A stretch of DNA of 64,000 nt, taken from positions 36,494 through 100,493 of the IMG/VR virus record IMGVR_UViG_3300009551_000005, one strand, 5' to 3'. Below are positions 62,978 to 64,000 of this stretch, one piece after another. The DNA is from a virus. Under the pieces are notes generated by a model. It ran no database searches. It worked only from the letters and a program-made list of their open reading frames with translations, and was not told the DNA's origin. The translations under genes and the position numbers were made by a program. The stretch's first letter is position 1, and each line of letters begins with the position of its first letter.

Positions 62978-64000
62978 ATGACCAACCACCACGATCCGCG
63001 CCTTTACGACTCTTCGTCCAGCAGCGAAAGCGAGAGTGAAAGCGAGAGCCAGGAGCCCGAGGACGGCGCCAGCTCTGAGCCCTCCTCTTCATCCGAGTCT
63101 TTCGACAACCTGACGCCGGCGGAGCGCGTGCAGCGCGTGGCAGCCGACGCTGTGAACGCCATCTCCAAGTTCTGGCAGGTCTGCTACGAGGAACAGACCG
63201 CGGTCCTCGACAAGACCATCGACCGGCTCAACGAGGAGCGGAACAAGGTCATGACGCTCGAGAAGAGCGTCTCGCTCGTCGGGCGCCAGACCAGGGACGA
63301 AGCGCGCAAGCAGAGCGCAGAAGTGGACGCCGCGGCGTTCGTCGCCAAGACCGCGCGTGACGAGCTCGCGGCCGTGCAGGCGAAGCTCAAGGAGAAAACG
63401 GAGCTCGCAGATCGTCAGCGGTCACGCATCGGAGATCTGGAGCGCGCTGCCAAGGCGGGACCGGGCCACACGCATCGCTATGCGCTCGAGCGGCTCGAGA
63501 TCCTCGAAGCGTTCATGAAGGAGCAGGGCATCAAGTTGCCGGACTCCCACGAGCCGACCTATCCCGGCAACCAGCTCAAGGATCTCCGCGCGCGCGTCGA
63601 GAACCAGGACGAGGCGATCAAGGAGCTCAACGAGAGGCTCAACGCGGAGCGCGAGGACGGCAAGAAGCACAAGCTCAGGAACGTGGAGCTCACCAACGAG
63701 GTCACGGAGCTCAAGACGCGCCTGTCTGCCGCCACCGTGGAAGCGCAGCGCTACAAGTCCGACCTCGCCATCGCGCGCTCCGCCGGTGACACGCTCCGCC
63801 AGCGCGTCGAGGAGCTCCAGGGGCAGGCTGCCGTGGAGCTCGAGAAAGCGAACCAGCAGGCGGGCCGCACGCACGATCTCCTCGAGGAGTCGAAGACCGA
63901 GATCCAGGGGCTTCGTACGCGCGCGAAGGACCTCGTTGCGAAGAACGAGCACTACTTGTCCGTCATGCGCGCGGCGACCACGCGGCTCGACCAGTTTCTC
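62978..64000 (+). CDS. Long coiled-coil protein (3' truncated by the window)
   Basis: GCGGCATC-N9-ATG; Ser/Glu-rich N-terminus then heptad-like repeats; no stop seen before the window end. Confidence 0.7.
   Translation, partial: MTNHHDPRLYDSSSSSESESESESQEPEDGASSEPSSSSESFDNLTPAERVQRVAADAVNAISKFWQVCYEEQTAVLDKTIDRLNEERNKVMTLEKSVSLVGRQTRDEARKQSAEVDAAAFVAKTARDELAAVQAKLKEKTELADRQRSRIGDLERAAKAGPGHTHRYALERLEILEAFMKEQGIKLPDSHEPTYPGNQLKDLRARVENQDEAIKELNERLNAEREDGKKHKLRNVELTNEVTELKTRLSAATVEAQRYKSDLAIARSAGDTLRQRVEELQGQAAVELEKANQQAGRTHDLLEESKTEIQGLRTRAKDLVAKNEHYLSVMRAATTRLDQFL

Noticed and set aside
1-64000. Integrated prophage boundaries or stop-codon reassignment
   Set aside because: No integrase, att-like junction or host genes in the window; core genes are intact in the standard code and end in TAA, TAG and TGA

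Overview
The whole window is one GC-rich tailed-phage genome segment with a contractile tail; no host genes are visible. 1-27.7 kb is the virion and lysis module: capsid C-terminus, neck, sheath, tube, a tail chaperone with a -1 frameshift, tape measure, baseplate, fibre and holin-like genes, interrupted by small accessory genes. A probable origin lies at about 27.7-27.8 kb. 27.8-53.3 kb is replication, recombination and transcription: SF2 helicase, DnaB, primase, DUF932, two RecA paralogues (one apparently dead), a sigma factor, PolB, UvrD, SbcCD and RuvC-like. 53.3-57.2 kb is a DNA hypermodification operon, followed by ThyX, a DUF5664-type dNTP diphosphohydrolase and a Nudix gene. The operon encodes a ParB-like/RHH protein, a TET/JBP dioxygenase, an amino-acid:DNA transferase, a flavoprotein and a P-loop kinase. 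The most striking unexplained signal is a 24-bp palindrome, CCGTCGGTGATCGATCACCGACGG, present 15 times. Five copies sit on promoters; the other ten are inside genes, always in the frame encoding VGDRSP(T/K). My leading hypothesis (untested) is that these are parS-like self-marks bound by the ParB-RHH protein to direct post-replicative thymine hypermodification to phage DNA. Also seen: two classes of leaderless promoter, a duplicated sigma70-type promoter cassette, a D-armless tRNA-like RNA, other structured intergenic RNAs and a nested gene. All product calls come from motif recognition by eye; no searches were run.
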